Position numbers and translations under genes: made by a program. This document shows, in pieces, positions 35,851 through 49,970 of a stretch of 64,000 nucleotides of DNA. Origin of the DNA: Hydrolagus colliei (Eukaryota); assembly GCA_035084275.1 (NCBI GenBank), contig CM068766.1:5332001-5396000 (forward strand), written 5' to 3'. Position 1 is the first letter of the stretch; each line of letters starts with the position of its first letter. The notes under the pieces were generated by a model. That model was not told where the DNA came from. It did not search any database and saw nothing but the letters and a program-made list of their open reading frames with translations.

Positions 35851-38800
35851 TAGTATGAACAGGATGTTTAACGTCCACTGATCAGGTTCAGTTTAACCAA
35901 GGACGGCATCTCTGACACAACATTTAACCAATATTGCATTGACAATGCTCATTATAGTGTGAAATTGAGTCTTATTGGAGAAAGATTTGGGTTTCAACCT
36001 GATTTGGTCTGAGTTAGCTGGTCTGTTTTGGAAATATTTCTGCTCTAGCTGCAGGTAAACAGGGAGTAATATGGCCAGGATCAAGATAATGAAAAAAAAA
36101 GTAGATGTCAGGGGTTGTTTACGATAAGGACATAAATCCGTGCACTTCGAGTTTCAAGAATTATTACTTGATGATTGGTGGCGCTTCGCATGTGTGTGTA
36201 TTATTACACTATAGATTAACAGAACAAAGGAGCAACAAACATGTACACTCTGACTGAGAAATAACCACCTTCTAAATCGTAACCTTCAGACACATGCTAT
36301 GAAAAACGTAAAATCATCTCTACAGTCTGGGTTTTGAGCAATTGTACATTCAGTAACTATTGTTTTCAATCAAATTCCTGAATTTCATCAGAATTTATGG
36401 ATATTGAGTGTTGGAATGGCTGAGCTGGTGAAATTTATTCAAAGGTATAGTGTATTAATTGCTGTGTGAAGGTTACTTTTGTTTTCCACCTGCTGCTGTG
36501 TCCAGTCTCTTTCTGCCTTCAAAACCTGACATAAGGGGCCTATCCTTTGCCTACAAATAGTCAATTCACGTTATATTTCGTGAAGCACTTTGAGACGTCT
36601 AGAAGGTGTCAAAAGCACTATATCAAATTCAAGGATTTTTTAAAATGATTATTTGTTTGACCATGAACAAGCTTTTGGTCACCTTTCCCTTCCACTCCTC
36701 AGCTTCCACTCACTCCCCATCTCACCAAATTGGGCTTCAAATCAGTTGCAAAAAGCATTTTGAGATATATCTTCTGATATAAAGGCGCTCTATAAATGTA
36801 AATTATTGTGATGTTGTTACACTCTAAATTCTAATCATCTTTGACCCACTTTAAATTGCTCAAGCTCTGGTTTCGGGATATTATCCTGCAATAATTTCTT
36901 CACATCGTTGACTGTCCAGGACTTTGGGACGCTTTTCCCAATGTGAAAGTTGCAATGCATTTGTAAGTTGTTATTGTTCTCTGAATGAACAACAACTTGC
37001 ATTTACATAGCGGCCTTCACATGGGGTAGTGTCTCGGAAGGCTTGACATTGGCTGAGTCTAACAACAAGCCAGGGGGAAGAGGGAGTGTTGGGGTGGCCG
37101 TAAGCACAATCAAAAAAGGAAGATCTTTGGGCTGGAAGGGAGCGAAAGTGGGGGGGAAGGCACCAGCTGACAAATTTTAGTACTATTGTCCATATTCCAT
37201 TGTTCAAATGAGGGCTACTATGCTAGGGATGGCACATTTTGATTGCACTCAACACTGTCGGGTTGTGTGTAGTAGGGATTAAATGCAGTGCTAAGCTTCT
37301 TTGTATATGTTGACTGAACAGTTGAGAACTGCAACTCAATCTCAGTGGAATTCTCTTCAGTTGTAATATTTCCATGTTTTCTATGTGCTCTTTGTGATCT
37401 CTTCAGGTTTGAGCTGTTGTCAGTCAGTGCTGAGGCTGGAGCAGTTTGTTCATGCAGGCATGGCCACTGACCATTAAATTGCTATTTCCCAGAGTAATTT
37501 TATGAACAAAACCCCAAAGTCTATAAGAGCGGGAGGTTCCTTTATAGTATCGCCTAAGGTTCCAGTGAAGGAAGAGTGTTCATTTATAAACATACTGTGC
37601 AATCCATTTTCCAGAAATAAAAAAATATTGAATGTTGCATGTTCCCTGAATATGTCATGCTGATCTATTGGAATTTGCTCCAGTGTCGGACACCATGAGC
37701 CTTTGGTTACAATCTGATTTTTTTCCCACCTGGCCAATAGGGGAGGCTCTTGATGTTTTGTTCAATATATTTTATTATAGCCTGTTTGATTTTTATTCTC
37801 TCAAATAAGCCAGTATCTTGTTTATACTCTTTCACTCTGCTGCTGGTTCCTGATTACATGCAAGGTAAGTCATCCTGCTGCCTTATTTCTTGTGCATCTC
37901 AGTACATTGCATTTTGTTGGAAATCTGTATTATAAACTGACAACTCACAAATTGCTACAAGTTCCCTACTCAATGGAGAATGGTACTGTAATGACCTTGC
38001 AGGGAAAGTAATGCAGATAACATTTCGAGAAGGAATTAAAAGTTGGTGAAGGTCCAATTTCTAGATATATTGTATTAGAAACGGCCTTCTCCCCTTGGGA
38101 AGTTATTGGGGAAAAGATTTTCCTTGTGTTCATTGATGATATTTGTGCAGTAAAGAGGGAGTACTGCTGAATGTAACATAATGAAAACAAAACTCAGCTT
38201 CTCGCCAATCATCCCCCTTGGAACTGTGTGATCATCCTCTGCTTTAAAGGTCCTAGAAAACTAATGGAAACCAAAGTCAAGTCAAACAGATTTGCTATAA
38301 GATAAAGCAGCTAACTATAATGAAAGGAAGATATGAAGGGTAGAGAAGAATGAGCTGTGAACTGAACATAATGTGCAGCGAGTAATGAGCTAAGTTGGCT
38401 AGGAAAATCACATCTCTATTGCATGACGTAATTTAGACTGCATATCAAACTTGCTGCAGTATAACATAGAAAATCATTCAGTACAGTGGTTTGGGCTGCA
38501 TGGATATGGAAATGAATTGGCGTGTTAGAAACTCAGGGCTGGTGATATCTAGCGTTACTGATCTTGTCATTCCACAAAATACACAGTCAATGCACTTTAC
38601 AATATGTTCTGTGAAGCACTTTGAGATATCTCAACGACTTGATATCAAACACGAGGATTATTATTCATTTCAGCCTTTTAAGAGCTGAATTGTCTCTAGC
38701 ACCCAAACACTTGAAAAATGATAACCTAAGGATCCAGTTCTAAAGTAGCTCTCAGGAAAATACTCTGTAATTAATGTGAAATTGAAGCTTTCGTTTTTAT

Positions 38801-41800
38801 TTCGATTCAAAAATTAAATCTTGACCTTTTCATAGTACTTAATTTTAATGCTTAATAAATGATAAAATATATAAAACAGTATATTTGGCAAGACGAATAA
38901 TGTAGCTCAATGCAGTCTAGCAATGAGTCCCATTGACTCCACTCAGTCCATCACCATTAGAGATTGATGTATTATGCTAAAAACAAACAAAACATCCAAC
39001 AAATTCTTGCCAATGTTAATTGTTGCCTTGTGTTGATGAAGGGTATATGGAGTCTATTATAATAATATGGAGGAAAAGTCAGGTGCACAAATCTTTTTAA
39101 GGTTGATGGTGATACCATTGTAACTTGGTGGTCTAGAGCTGCTCCAAACACTGCGAGTCAAAATTCTGGAGAAATGGGGTAAACAAGAAGCTTGGATTTT
39201 GTAATGCAATTGTTTTGCACTTTCACATCTTGCGATATAAAGGCATTTGATTTTGAGTCTCTTTTCCCCATCACTGATGAAAATTTATTGCCTAGAAATT
39301 CTGAATATCATACAGTCCCTATCCACCCCTGCATTGCTAAAAAGCACAGGACAACAGGAGGCAGCAATTAAAATGCCACCTTGGCAATCGGCAGATAATG
39401 CATTTAGTAGGTCAGTATTTAATTTCAACTGCCATGCTGCTAAAACCTTGATTATCTGTTTATCCGTTTACTTGAGAAGCTAGATAATCATAGAATTATA
39501 CAGCAAAGAATGAGGCCATTCAGTCTATTGTGTTTGTGCCAGTTCTTTGAAAAGAGCTATCAAAGTCAATCCCACTCCCCTGCTCTCCTCTTAGCCCTGC
39601 AAACCTATCCTCCCCAAATAATTATTTACTTCACTCTTAAAAGTTGTTATCGAATTGACTTCAACCACCCATTTAGGCAATGCATTCTAGATCCGAACAA
39701 CTCTCTGTGTGAAAAAACATTCTGCAATCCTTCCTGATTTTGCTCATTCCCACATACCATTAAAATTGAGCCCCTAATAGATTGCTATCTTTAATATTTT
39801 CAGCAATAAAATGATGTGTATGGAACACGTTGACGTTCATTTCAAACTTAACGGCACCAAAGTTACTAATTTGTGACCCTCCAAATCACACATGAATTTA
39901 AACCTATTTGTATGTACATCATTTATCTAAAAAAATGAGAAGGGTAACTTTATGGCTCCAATCAGTTTCTCTGGTCTGTTCAGCTGTGTCGAGGTTTGTC
40001 AGTCACTTAGGACACCGGCTGTTAAGAATACACCAGTGTATGGAGAGGGCTGTAGTGCAATGGAATGTGCCAATTTCAATTATTCACTGGGTGTTTCTTC
40101 CATCATGAAGGTTCCACTTTACAGCACATTAATGCATTTATTGAAGTCAGTTAGTTTAATCTTTGCTGAATCACCGTACTCCTAGGGCTGCCTTTCTCTC
40201 CACTCAAACCTTGAAATACAATTGTGCGTTCATGGCATGTTGGCTATGCTAACGAGCACTGTCGTTTTGCTGCCTATTACTCACATTGACCAGTGTATTG
40301 TTCTTGTGTCCAAATTGATTCCAGGCACCAGTTCTTTGCTTACTTACAGCCCATCTCCTTTACTTTCAGCCACGTTTTGTCAATTAAAAAAAGTGTGTCA
40401 ATTATGTTTTTAAGTAATTGATTGAGCGGTAATGTGAGTGAGCATAACCATTATAATCCTGTCACGTCTAGTTTCGAGTATTACTGGGATTTGTAAAGCT
40501 GTATCAGTGGATTTTGGAGGCAGTCTCACTTATCACAACAGTGTTATTTAAAAAAAATTGAATGATGCCAGTTTTAACATATGTTTTACAATAGAATATG
40601 TATGCTGAATTCATTCAATGTGGCAAGTGGGAAATAGTTTGCAGGTATTAAGGGTTTTGGTATGTCCCAGAGAGAGGAAAGCCGGAGTCCCTTTTTTTTC
40701 TGAATCTTAGTTAATGCCCTTCTATTATACATGACAGATATATGACCAGCTTGCCTGTAGTCACCAAGATATTTGTGAGACAGAAACACTGAGTCAGAAT
40801 TTGCTGTCTCGTATAATCCTTTTCTTTATAGCTTACATTTTCTGTTTGGGGCTTAATAAATTTCTGTTAGTGTTTTGGCTATTATCAAATATGGTTATAA
40901 ATGGCAGCACCATTCTCGTTATTACTCGGCTATTCACCTGAACCTGAATTTAGTATCGAACCGATTTCTGTTTAGTGAAATTACTACATGCATTTGATTG
41001 TGGTGTGATTCATTTAAGGAAATGATGTATTGACAAAGTTGTTGGGTTCTGTTGGGTTGATAAATGGTGGAATGTGGGAAAGATGTTTTGGCTAAATATA
41101 CTGCCGTCATTTGTTAATCAATATCTGAGCATTGAGCTAGTCCTTCCAAGAATTACTGTGAGAGGCAGAAATGCACAAAAAAGGTCAGGTTTACTTGAAA
41201 GGAGCAATGGCTGGTTAGAGTGTATCTGTGAACTCTCTGTTTCGTTTGAGAGGGGTGTGAACTTGCATTCTACTGAATTAGTAAAAATGACCAACAATTC
41301 CCCCAAATAAAATAGATCACTCACTTGGTGGGTATTTGTGGGACATTGCCGCACACAAACTGCCTCCCTAGTTCACCCACAAAATATAAACACAATCACA
41401 GCAGGCAGTCACTGCCCTAAAGTGCCATATCAAATGTAGAATTATTATTAATAATAAATAGAGCAAAGATGTCTGCAAATCTTGATCTGTTTCATAGAAT
41501 TAACCTCCTAAATTAATGGCCTGCAGCAACCATCAAAGAATATCAAAATTATGCATAATACTTAACACGTTCCTGTTCCTTTCAAATGTGTTCAGTCTAC
41601 AATGCCGCAGACATCAATAGCTACACATACCGAGCAGGGGACTTCTTAGGTTACATATAACAAGTGCAGCAGGCGTTCATTCAAGATCCAGTACCGGAAG
41701 ATTAAATTGATTGATGTATTTCATTCCTGGAAGACTCTCATGAAGTGCCGTGGATGCTATTAAAATCCGATAAAGCCGAGGTCACAGGTTGGGGCTTTTG

Positions 41801-43959
41801 TCCAGCAGTGTTGCCCAGGTGATGGATTTCATTGTTGTTTACATTGCACCTATTGGGAAAGAAAGAGAAGGAGCTGTCCTTGTGTGGGAGGCCATCTCCA
41901 GAGCGAAGTATTCAACTCCCAATCACAGTATCGTACCCTGTGAGATTGAATCACAGTCATGACTGCTGCTTGCTCTTTTCTCCAGCGTTTCACTTTTTCT
42001 TGATAGAATAGTTGAGAGCAAATAACATTGGCCACTTGAATCTCTTCAGCCCTTTCACCCATTCTAATTTACACCTCTCTTGAGTTCCCAGTTGTCAACC
42101 GCAAATTGGCATGAAACTAATGGGCGCAATGTAAACAATGTATTGCTATTAGATGCATATCTGTATTGGGTAAACTTCAACATCAGCTTTCTGACTCATT
42201 TTTCTATCCTACTCTTAGTGAAACTTCACAGTTGCCCACACAAATTTACCTGCTTTACCATCACTAACCCAATGCTTTAATCAACACACTTTCCTAATTC
42301 AGCACTACCTACATTTATTTTCTCCCCATTACTCACCATCAAGAATGTCTTGATGGACCACTATTCCGTATTTTATTGTCCTTTCTGTAGTCCAGAGGAA
42401 AGAAGCAAGTTCAAGTGATGATGTTGTGTTGTCACCTCACTTCGCATAAAACATCCCTCACTTTTGTTGAACAGAAAAAAGTCATCATTGAACCTTGGGA
42501 GTGATGTTGTTGTTGTTTCCTTTACTGTCATGTCAGCAGCATGTACACCAAGGTGTGAGTTTTTTTCAAACCAGAAATAATTTGTTTTACGGGAATTGTA
42601 TATTCATTATGAAGTCATTACACTACATTGCCAGATTGCATATGGGAGAAGTCCCGAACGGTATACTCCAGATCAAACCCTCTGGATAAACCGTTTCACT
42701 TCATGCCTGTTTGTGGGACATTGGTGTGTGCAATAAGCTGCTTCATTGCCTAGAAATACTTACCACACATTACAGGAAATCCTCTGAAGCCCTTTGAGAT
42801 GTTGTTATTATATGATATGTAATATAAAATGAAAGGATTATTGTAATATTCTAGTTGAGTGACTGGGACGTCCTCCAGATCTGAAAGGCGCTCTAAAATT
42901 TTTATTTTGTTGTTATTGGTGAATGTTGAGAATGGTAATAGAGGGAGGATCCTAGGAGATATGGATGAAACAAGTACTAGGGCAATGAAGGGACCATTAA
43001 ATTGTATACAATCCCAGTCTTGGGTAACCTTGCTTGGTGCAATGATAATCATAATAATCCTAATCTTTGCATTTGATATAGCGCCTATTCATATCGGAAA
43101 GAAGTCTCATAGCACTTCACAGGATCTACTGCAAAATGGAGCAAAATTGCTTCTTTTCTCTGGACAGCACAACTGTGCACAGCAATGATGTGGAAATATA
43201 TTCCACAGCACTACTAACCTTTTATTTTCCGGAAACTTGGGTGCACCTCCCTTCTAGAACACAATTACCAATCAGGAGCAACAATAAAATGCATTTCTAA
43301 CAAGTGACATTTTGTAAAAGCTAAAAATCAATGGAAAGATTTAGAGTTGCATTTTACTTAACAGACGTCTCTATGTGGTTTCATTTAGGTTTTGAATTTG
43401 TTTGTAATGCGCTTGTGACCTGTACTTCATCATCTTAGCACTTTTTATTATATATTCAACTATGCTTCAGCAAATCCATTAATCACTTTAAATCTAGTCA
43501 AGACTTTTCAAAAGGTTAAAACACTTAAAATCACATGTATTTTTTTTAGGGGGTGGAGGGGGGTATCTAAATGTGATGTGTATTCTGAGCCGGTCATTAA
43601 TGTGAACAGGAAGGACATCAATAATGCCTATTTTTAATGTTCTCTTCACTTTCCTTAATTATCCTAATTGATTTTATGGCTTTTTGTAAAGTTGCATTGA
43701 GATTTATTCCACAGTGTTCACCATCCTTTTAGCTACTTAGGAATTATGGAAGGAATATTCCAGGGGTAGATGAATGTCATGTGGATTTACCAAGATTTAC
43801 TAACAATTCAACCTTCTCAACCACCTTTCCTTCTCTTTCGTAGACTATTATGAAGGAGCCAGCTTGGAATCTTAGACTTCAAATTTTACAGCACAGGAGG
43901 CCAACAACAACAACTCCTGTGCTCTAACAACAACAACAACAATTTACATTTATAGAACG

Positions 43960-44232
43960 CCTAACTTGCCTTACAAGCGGGAGACTTGTGCTCGAATCCA
44001 GGCAAATCAGGGCGAAATCTTGAGCAAGTTTCCTTACTCCACACGTCTAATAATAATCCATCCAAAAAAGTAACAATAATAAAATTGGTCATTTTAATCC
44101 ATGACTGTTTGCCAGACACTGCTGTGCGCAATTGGCTGCTACATTTCTCCCACAAATATAGTCAATTCACTTTACAGTAAATTCTGTGAAGTACTTTGAG
44201 ACGTCGATCAAATGCAAATATTATTATTATTA
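43960..44232 (+). mobile_element. Deu-domain SINE copy
   Basis: cttgccttacaagcgggagacttgtgctcgaatcc head through to the (att)n tail. Confidence 0.85.
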
Positions 44233-44587
44233 ACATAATTACATTTATAAAGCACCTTTCATGTTGGGAGGACGTGCCAAGGCGCTGAAATGAACTCATT
44301 GTGCCTGTTGCTGATTTATCGAGATACCTATCCACCAGTTATCGAACAATTTGGACGTACTTCCTTAACCTTATTTTCATGTAATTTGGTGTTCTAAAGA
44401 TCAAGCAATTGACTTTTAAAAAAATTGGTTAAAACAAATCTGAAGATTAGATAAGCATAAAATCGGAGGTAAAATGTAATTCTTTTAAGGGAATTCTTCT
44501 TTCAAAGTATGTATTTGGTGCAGTCTTGTTGTGTCACTGATTGATACACAAGGGTGTCTCTGAAATATATTGTGTGTCTCACTTTAG

Positions 44588-44882
44588 TATAATAATAATC
44601 CTTGCATTTGTTATAGCGCTTTTCACGTCCTAGACATTTCAAAGCGCTTCACAGAATATACTGTAAATTGAATTGACTGTATATTTGTGGGTGAATCGCA
44701 GCAGCCAGCTGTGCACAATAGTGACCCACAAACAGTTGTGGATTGAAGTGACCAATTTTTTTGGAAGGATTATTATTAAGCGCCGGGAGTAGAGAAAGGT
44801 TCCCAAGGTTTCACCCTGCCAAGAATCGAACTGAGGTGTCTTGTCTCACTTGTGAGGTGAGTGCTCTAACCACTGAGCTAGA
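44588..44882 (-). mobile_element. Deu-domain SINE copy, inverted relative to the neighbouring copy
   Basis: Tail to head: ataataatccttgcatttg...gtgctctaaccactgagcta. Confidence 0.85.
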
Positions 44883-45761
44883 GTACTTTACAACGGTTTA
44901 TCTGAGCATGTGAAAACCAATATAAATTTTTTTAATGTAGGTTTTCAAAGTTCAATACTTTTTATTTGTCCTTGGTGAGAAATATAATCTAGGCTTCTTG
45001 GGCTGTGATGTAAGCCTTTTTGCTAATTGCATTAATTTATCCTTTAGGTGGTTTTTTTTCTTGATTTGTTTAGTTTTTGGTACTTCATTTCCACGTACCA
45101 AAAAAAATCTCCATCATGCAGATATTTAGCACTGTTCTTTTGAAGGACTTTCCTATCTGAGTAGTTGGATCTCCCTACCTTATCCCAGAGCTAGCTAGAT
45201 TGTGTATTCACCCACTGGGATGTGCGCTTCATTCCTTTTCTCCTGTCATCAGCAGCAAATCCTCTCTGTTGTCTCCCATGTGAGAAGAAGGTTCTATCTC
45301 TCTTAATCTTTTTATTACCAAACGGTTTGAATTCTCTCCTACATGTCTTTGACTTGAACAAAGGACATTTTCTTTCTTTTTTTAAAAAAAGCTTATTTTG
45401 TATTTATTCTTCAATGATTTTGAGCTACTTCTGTTAAAATTTTTAAAGCTGTTGATCTGTCCCAGAAATCAATCTGCCCTGGACCTGTCTACCACTTTCA
45501 AGTGGTGAATGACCTTTTGAAATATGAAGCTAGTTCCTAATCCAGCAAAGGACTTTAGAAAGCGACATCTTTAAAAAAGGACTAAGAATCCAACAGCTTC
45601 TTTATGACCATTCAGCAATTCCAGACAGACATAGAATAAGGTCCCTGTAGCTCAGTTTGTTGTGCTATATGGGAGCTCAGTGGTAGATTTGGTTCAAATC
45701 CCAATGTATCTTTGCAGCACTGAACTATTTTGAAGTTTATAAAAATTAGCAACTTTTCTCA

Positions 45762-46052
45762 TTTTTTTTCACCTGGATGGATGGGGTCCTCCATTTTAAA
45801 AAGAATCACTGGACTATAAACCTCAGCATCATGGCTTCAAGCGCAGCATCTACCAGTAAAGGTGAGAAGCGCAAGAGAGTAGTTTTAACAATAAGTACCA
45901 ATACAATATTCTGTTATTATTTATGCATTTACAAATGCTCCACTGCTTTTGTTCCGGATAAGTTCTGGTTTATCGAATGGGGACTTTTTTTGGGCATGCC
46001 GGTTATACGGAAGTGCCGGTTCATTGAGTCACGGATAAACGGGCTTCTACTG
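45762..46052 (+). mobile_element. Tigger/pogo-like fragment with transposase N-terminus remnant
   Basis: ATG at 45831 gives MASSAASTSKGEKRKRVVLTI, resembling the KRKRVVLT start of Tigger/Jerky-like CENP-B-type HTH transposases; ends GGATAAACGGGCTTCTACTG-TA. Confidence 0.75.
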
Positions 46053-46481
46053 TACATACTGTGATTCATAGTGGGAGGCAAGCAGAGTTCCTTAGAACTG
46101 TGCTGAGGTGATGCTCCAGTCAAAGTGAGGCAGATTTGCATTAATCCAAGCCACTGTTTATTGGTTGACCAGTATTCTGGATCAATAACAAGACTTCGAA
46201 ATGTTCTCAATACTAGGAGTTTGGTTTTGTTCCTCCTTTCCTTTTTGGTCTTTGTATCAAATGCTCTTCCATCTTTTAGGGCAATTTGCTCTCATATTTA
46301 GTGAATACTGTTGCTGAGTTGACCACCAGAAAAAGATGCCAGCATAACTATAGCGGTATATTTTTCTCTCTCATCCACATTTAATCGGTTTATATTCAAA
46401 CTTTCAAATGAAATGTACAAGTTCTTTGAAAATCATCTGCTCTGTTTTTGAACTGTCAGGAATTCTCTAACCTTTGCTATA

Positions 46482-46682
46482 CAGTACCGGCAGCATTCTT
46501 AGCTAGCGTCACCACCAGACACCTAGTTGCAGCATTCCAAAATACTGAAACAACACAAAACACCAAAAAAATGCATTTTTCCGGATAAATTCTGGTTTAT
46601 CGAATGCAGACCTTTTTTTTCGCGTTGCGTTTATATGGAAGTTACGGTTATCCGTTTATCACGAATAAGCGGGCTTTTACTG
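46482..46682. mobile_element. Tigger/pogo-like MITE, diverged
   Basis: TA-CAGTA...AATGCATTTTTCCGGATAAATTCTGG...GCGGGCTTTTACTG-TA; right half matches the 16587/35634 family. Confidence 0.7.
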
Positions 46683-47029
46683 TACTTTGAAAAGGATTAG
46701 ATTGTTTTATTTGGCAGATTAATAACAGAGTTTTTATAGGTTTTTAAAAATATATAAACTGGAGATCCAGTTCCGATGACTCAATAGTTTACTGCAAGTG
46801 AAACAAAATTTGGGTCAGCTCTGAGACTTCACCTGTGTAGGGAAGCTATCGATACTGTCAAGGCTAATGTGTGAAAAATGTGCAGTTGGATGAGGTGCAG
46901 GAAGGCACTTCACCATAAGCTCTACCATAATCCTCTGTATTTAGAAAGGAGATAAGTTGATTTTTTAAAACCCCCCAAATATTTTAAGCAGTTTGTGAGG
47001 CTGGGGCTGTTGTTGAAAGTTATGGAATC

Positions 47030-47366
47030 ACATAGTCTATGCTGATACTCGAATGCAATGAGGGAAGTTACTGTTCTACCGTCCTTTGAATGAGACGTTA
47101 AACTGAGGACCTGTTTGTCTGTTCAGTTGGACGTAACAGATCCCATGGCACTATTGAAAAAGAAAAAGGAGTTTCTCCCAATGTCCTGGCCAATAATCCC
47201 CCAAATAAAATTGGTCATTCACTCCATGGATATTTGTGGGACACTGCTGTGTACAAAAAGGCTGCCCATAAAATGCACAAGCAATCTACTTTTGCGGTTA
47301 TCCTGTGAAGCACTTTTGAGACACCACAATGACATGATAAGGTGCTCTATTAAATGCAAAGATTAC
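47030..47366 (+). mobile_element. Older, longer DeuSINE (SacSINE1/AmnSINE1-like); similar copies near 18190, 26255, 27930
   Basis: CCGTCCTTTGAATGAGACGTTAAACTGAGGACCTGT...GGACGTAACAGATCCCATGGCACTATT resembles the conserved Deu domain (recalled, not searched). Confidence 0.7.
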
Positions 47367-49827
47367 GATTTAGTTTCACAAGCTTTCAACATGTTTCAGG
47401 AAAATATTTTGTTTGCAATATTGCAATACTGTTTGTAATATTGAAATCCCTGCTTAAAACTGAATGGTGGGTATGGATCCTTTCATGTAGTCTGTCATAT
47501 GTTAGCAGTGTTCTGAGCGCTTTGGGACTTTATTATATTTTTATAATCATTTATTAAAAATAATGAATCCTGCCACTGCTGCAGTTTGTAACATCAGAGG
47601 CTGCTGCCTCACAGTTTACATAAAGCTCTGGACCAGTATTTTTCAGATGTCTCCCACAATTTCATACAAATCTTTATTTATCACTGAATTAAATCAAAAG
47701 TCTCACAGTTTCAAAAGAAAATAATTCTGTCTTAACAACATAAAAGAAGGCTCAGCCTTGTAAAGAACACACACACACTTCCCGGTTGAAATGTAAAAGC
47801 TGCGTTTGTTTGAATTTTAAAACGTTCTCAAATCTGTACCGTTCCTCACTCATTCAACCTCTTGTCACAAATAGAAACTTGAGCTTGCTGCTGTATGACT
47901 GGGGGGGAAAAACTCATCTGGGACCCTATCAGAGAGGTCCTTTTGGCTGCTGAGGGCTAATGCAACGACCGTGTTAATCTTTACATTCCATATTTGCATC
48001 TCGTATTTTCCTGGTAACCAAATCTGATGACTCAAATTTGCTGCATTGTTGCATCCAAAATCAAGGAAGATACCCCATCATATATATTTTTATCCTATAC
48101 ATAGATTTTACCTGTAGTCTGGGTTGACGCTTACTCCAAAGCTGTGCGAGGGAATGTTAGAGGTACTATGCTGCAGATGAGAGGTTATTCTGAGATCTGA
48201 TCTGTCTTTTCAAGTGAAGATTAAGAGAGACAATGGCGGGATCAGTTTCTTTTGATTTCTTTGCTGAAAGTCTTCAAGATAAAAATGGTCATTCACTTCA
48301 TGACTGTTTGTAGGACATTGTTGTGTGCAAATTGACTGCCGTGTTCACCACCAAACACAGTCACAGTCGCTGGTGAAGCACTTTGAAATGCTCCCAATGA
48401 TTCAGTGTTGAATCAAAGGCAAGGACTATTATTATACATGACATAAAGTCCATTTTTGGTTTGGGTCAGTCTCACTAGAGGTGGTGTAGTCAAATCATGT
48501 GGAACCCTACTATAATTTTCATGCAAAACTTTTGCTGAAACAGATGGAGATTTGGTACAGATGTGGTATATCAAGTGCATAAGAGGTCTGGTTAACAATT
48601 TCATTACAGTTCTGTGCGTTTCCAATTCTTGAAATTGCTTCTACCCAGCAATTTAATTTCCGTGTTCAATCTCAGCATATGTCTAAATGTCCAGCAGGAT
48701 AGTGATGTTGTAATTTGATTTTTGTAAAAAAAAACTTATTGTGATGCATGTTGTCGGGAAAAATATACAGTGCAGTGAAGCAAATAATGTCTGATACAAT
48801 AAGTCTTGAATATCAAATACATTCAGAGTATTTTGATATTTCAATGTAGTTAGACGGTGTGGCACATATGTATGAGGGCAGGTAGTCCTAGTGGGAGAAT
48901 ATTTTTGATAATTGCAGAGAATACCAGAAATTGTTTGTTGCTTTATTATTGAGTTCCTCCCCGCCCACCCCTACCCCCACTCCCACTAATTTACAGCTAC
49001 ATAGTAGAATCACCTGTCTACATATTAGTTCTTTATGTGAAGAGATAAATAATATTTCCTTTCTGTCAGGCAGGTAATGTGTTTTAATCTTGAATCTACA
49101 AGAGTCTGTTTATTGAGATGAGACATCAGTCTCCCTAAAGACTTCTCTTTTTTTCTGTCATTGATATATTGGAATTAAAGGATTCTAAAGATGTTGACAG
49201 AACTCTTATATAGCTTAGCTTTATAATCATATTGTTAGATTCCCTGTGGCTAACCAAAATAGAATCCACTATTTCAAAGAGATTTTGTTTTAATTGTTGC
49301 GGTATCAGTGAAACGATTACCATCCACGTCTTCAGTCGGATGGTGAATAACTCCAAATTATAGATGCACATATTTTAATTTTCATAAAAATGAGTTTGGT
49401 TCAGTATTCCAAAAGCTCCGGTTTACCTTTTACACTCAGATATCATCCGTGTTCATATCAGCCATAGCAGCGTGATTGTTTTTCATGGGGTTGAATCTTT
49501 GATAATATTGAGGAAGAAGTCATTTCATATCAACATCAACTGGGGGAGCTAGCACAGCATAGGCACATTATTTGAATGGTCACCTTATGTGCTAATACAT
49601 TATGGCTTTGGATATTTCCATAGAAATATTGAGTTTAGAGATTATGCATATTAAAGTTAGGAATCTAACAGTATGTAACTATTTGATTTATATGAGCACG
49701 CATGGTCAGCCACAGTTTGAAAGTTATGTATAAAATTGTTATATCTGCCACCCAAATTTAGTAGAGGGATTGTAAAAGCCTGGGAGCAAATCGTAAAGTC
49801 CATCCCCAAGCTTCTGTTATCATTTAC

Positions 49828-49970
49828 AAAAATAGAAGTCGCTGGGTACACTCAGCAGGTCAGGTAGCATCTATGGAGAAATGAAATATGAGTCAATGTT
49901 TCGGATCCAGGACCCTTTGTCAGAACTTGTGTTTCAGATTTCCAGCATCTGCAGTATTTTGCGTTTTTGT
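49828..49970. mobile_element. Second Penelope-like remnant of the same family
   Basis: CTCAGCAGGTCAGGTAGCATCTATGGAGAAA...CCCTTTGTCAGAAC joined to TTTCAGATTTCCAGCATCTGCAGTATTTTGC; matches the left arm and the tail of 16023-16285. Confidence 0.7.
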
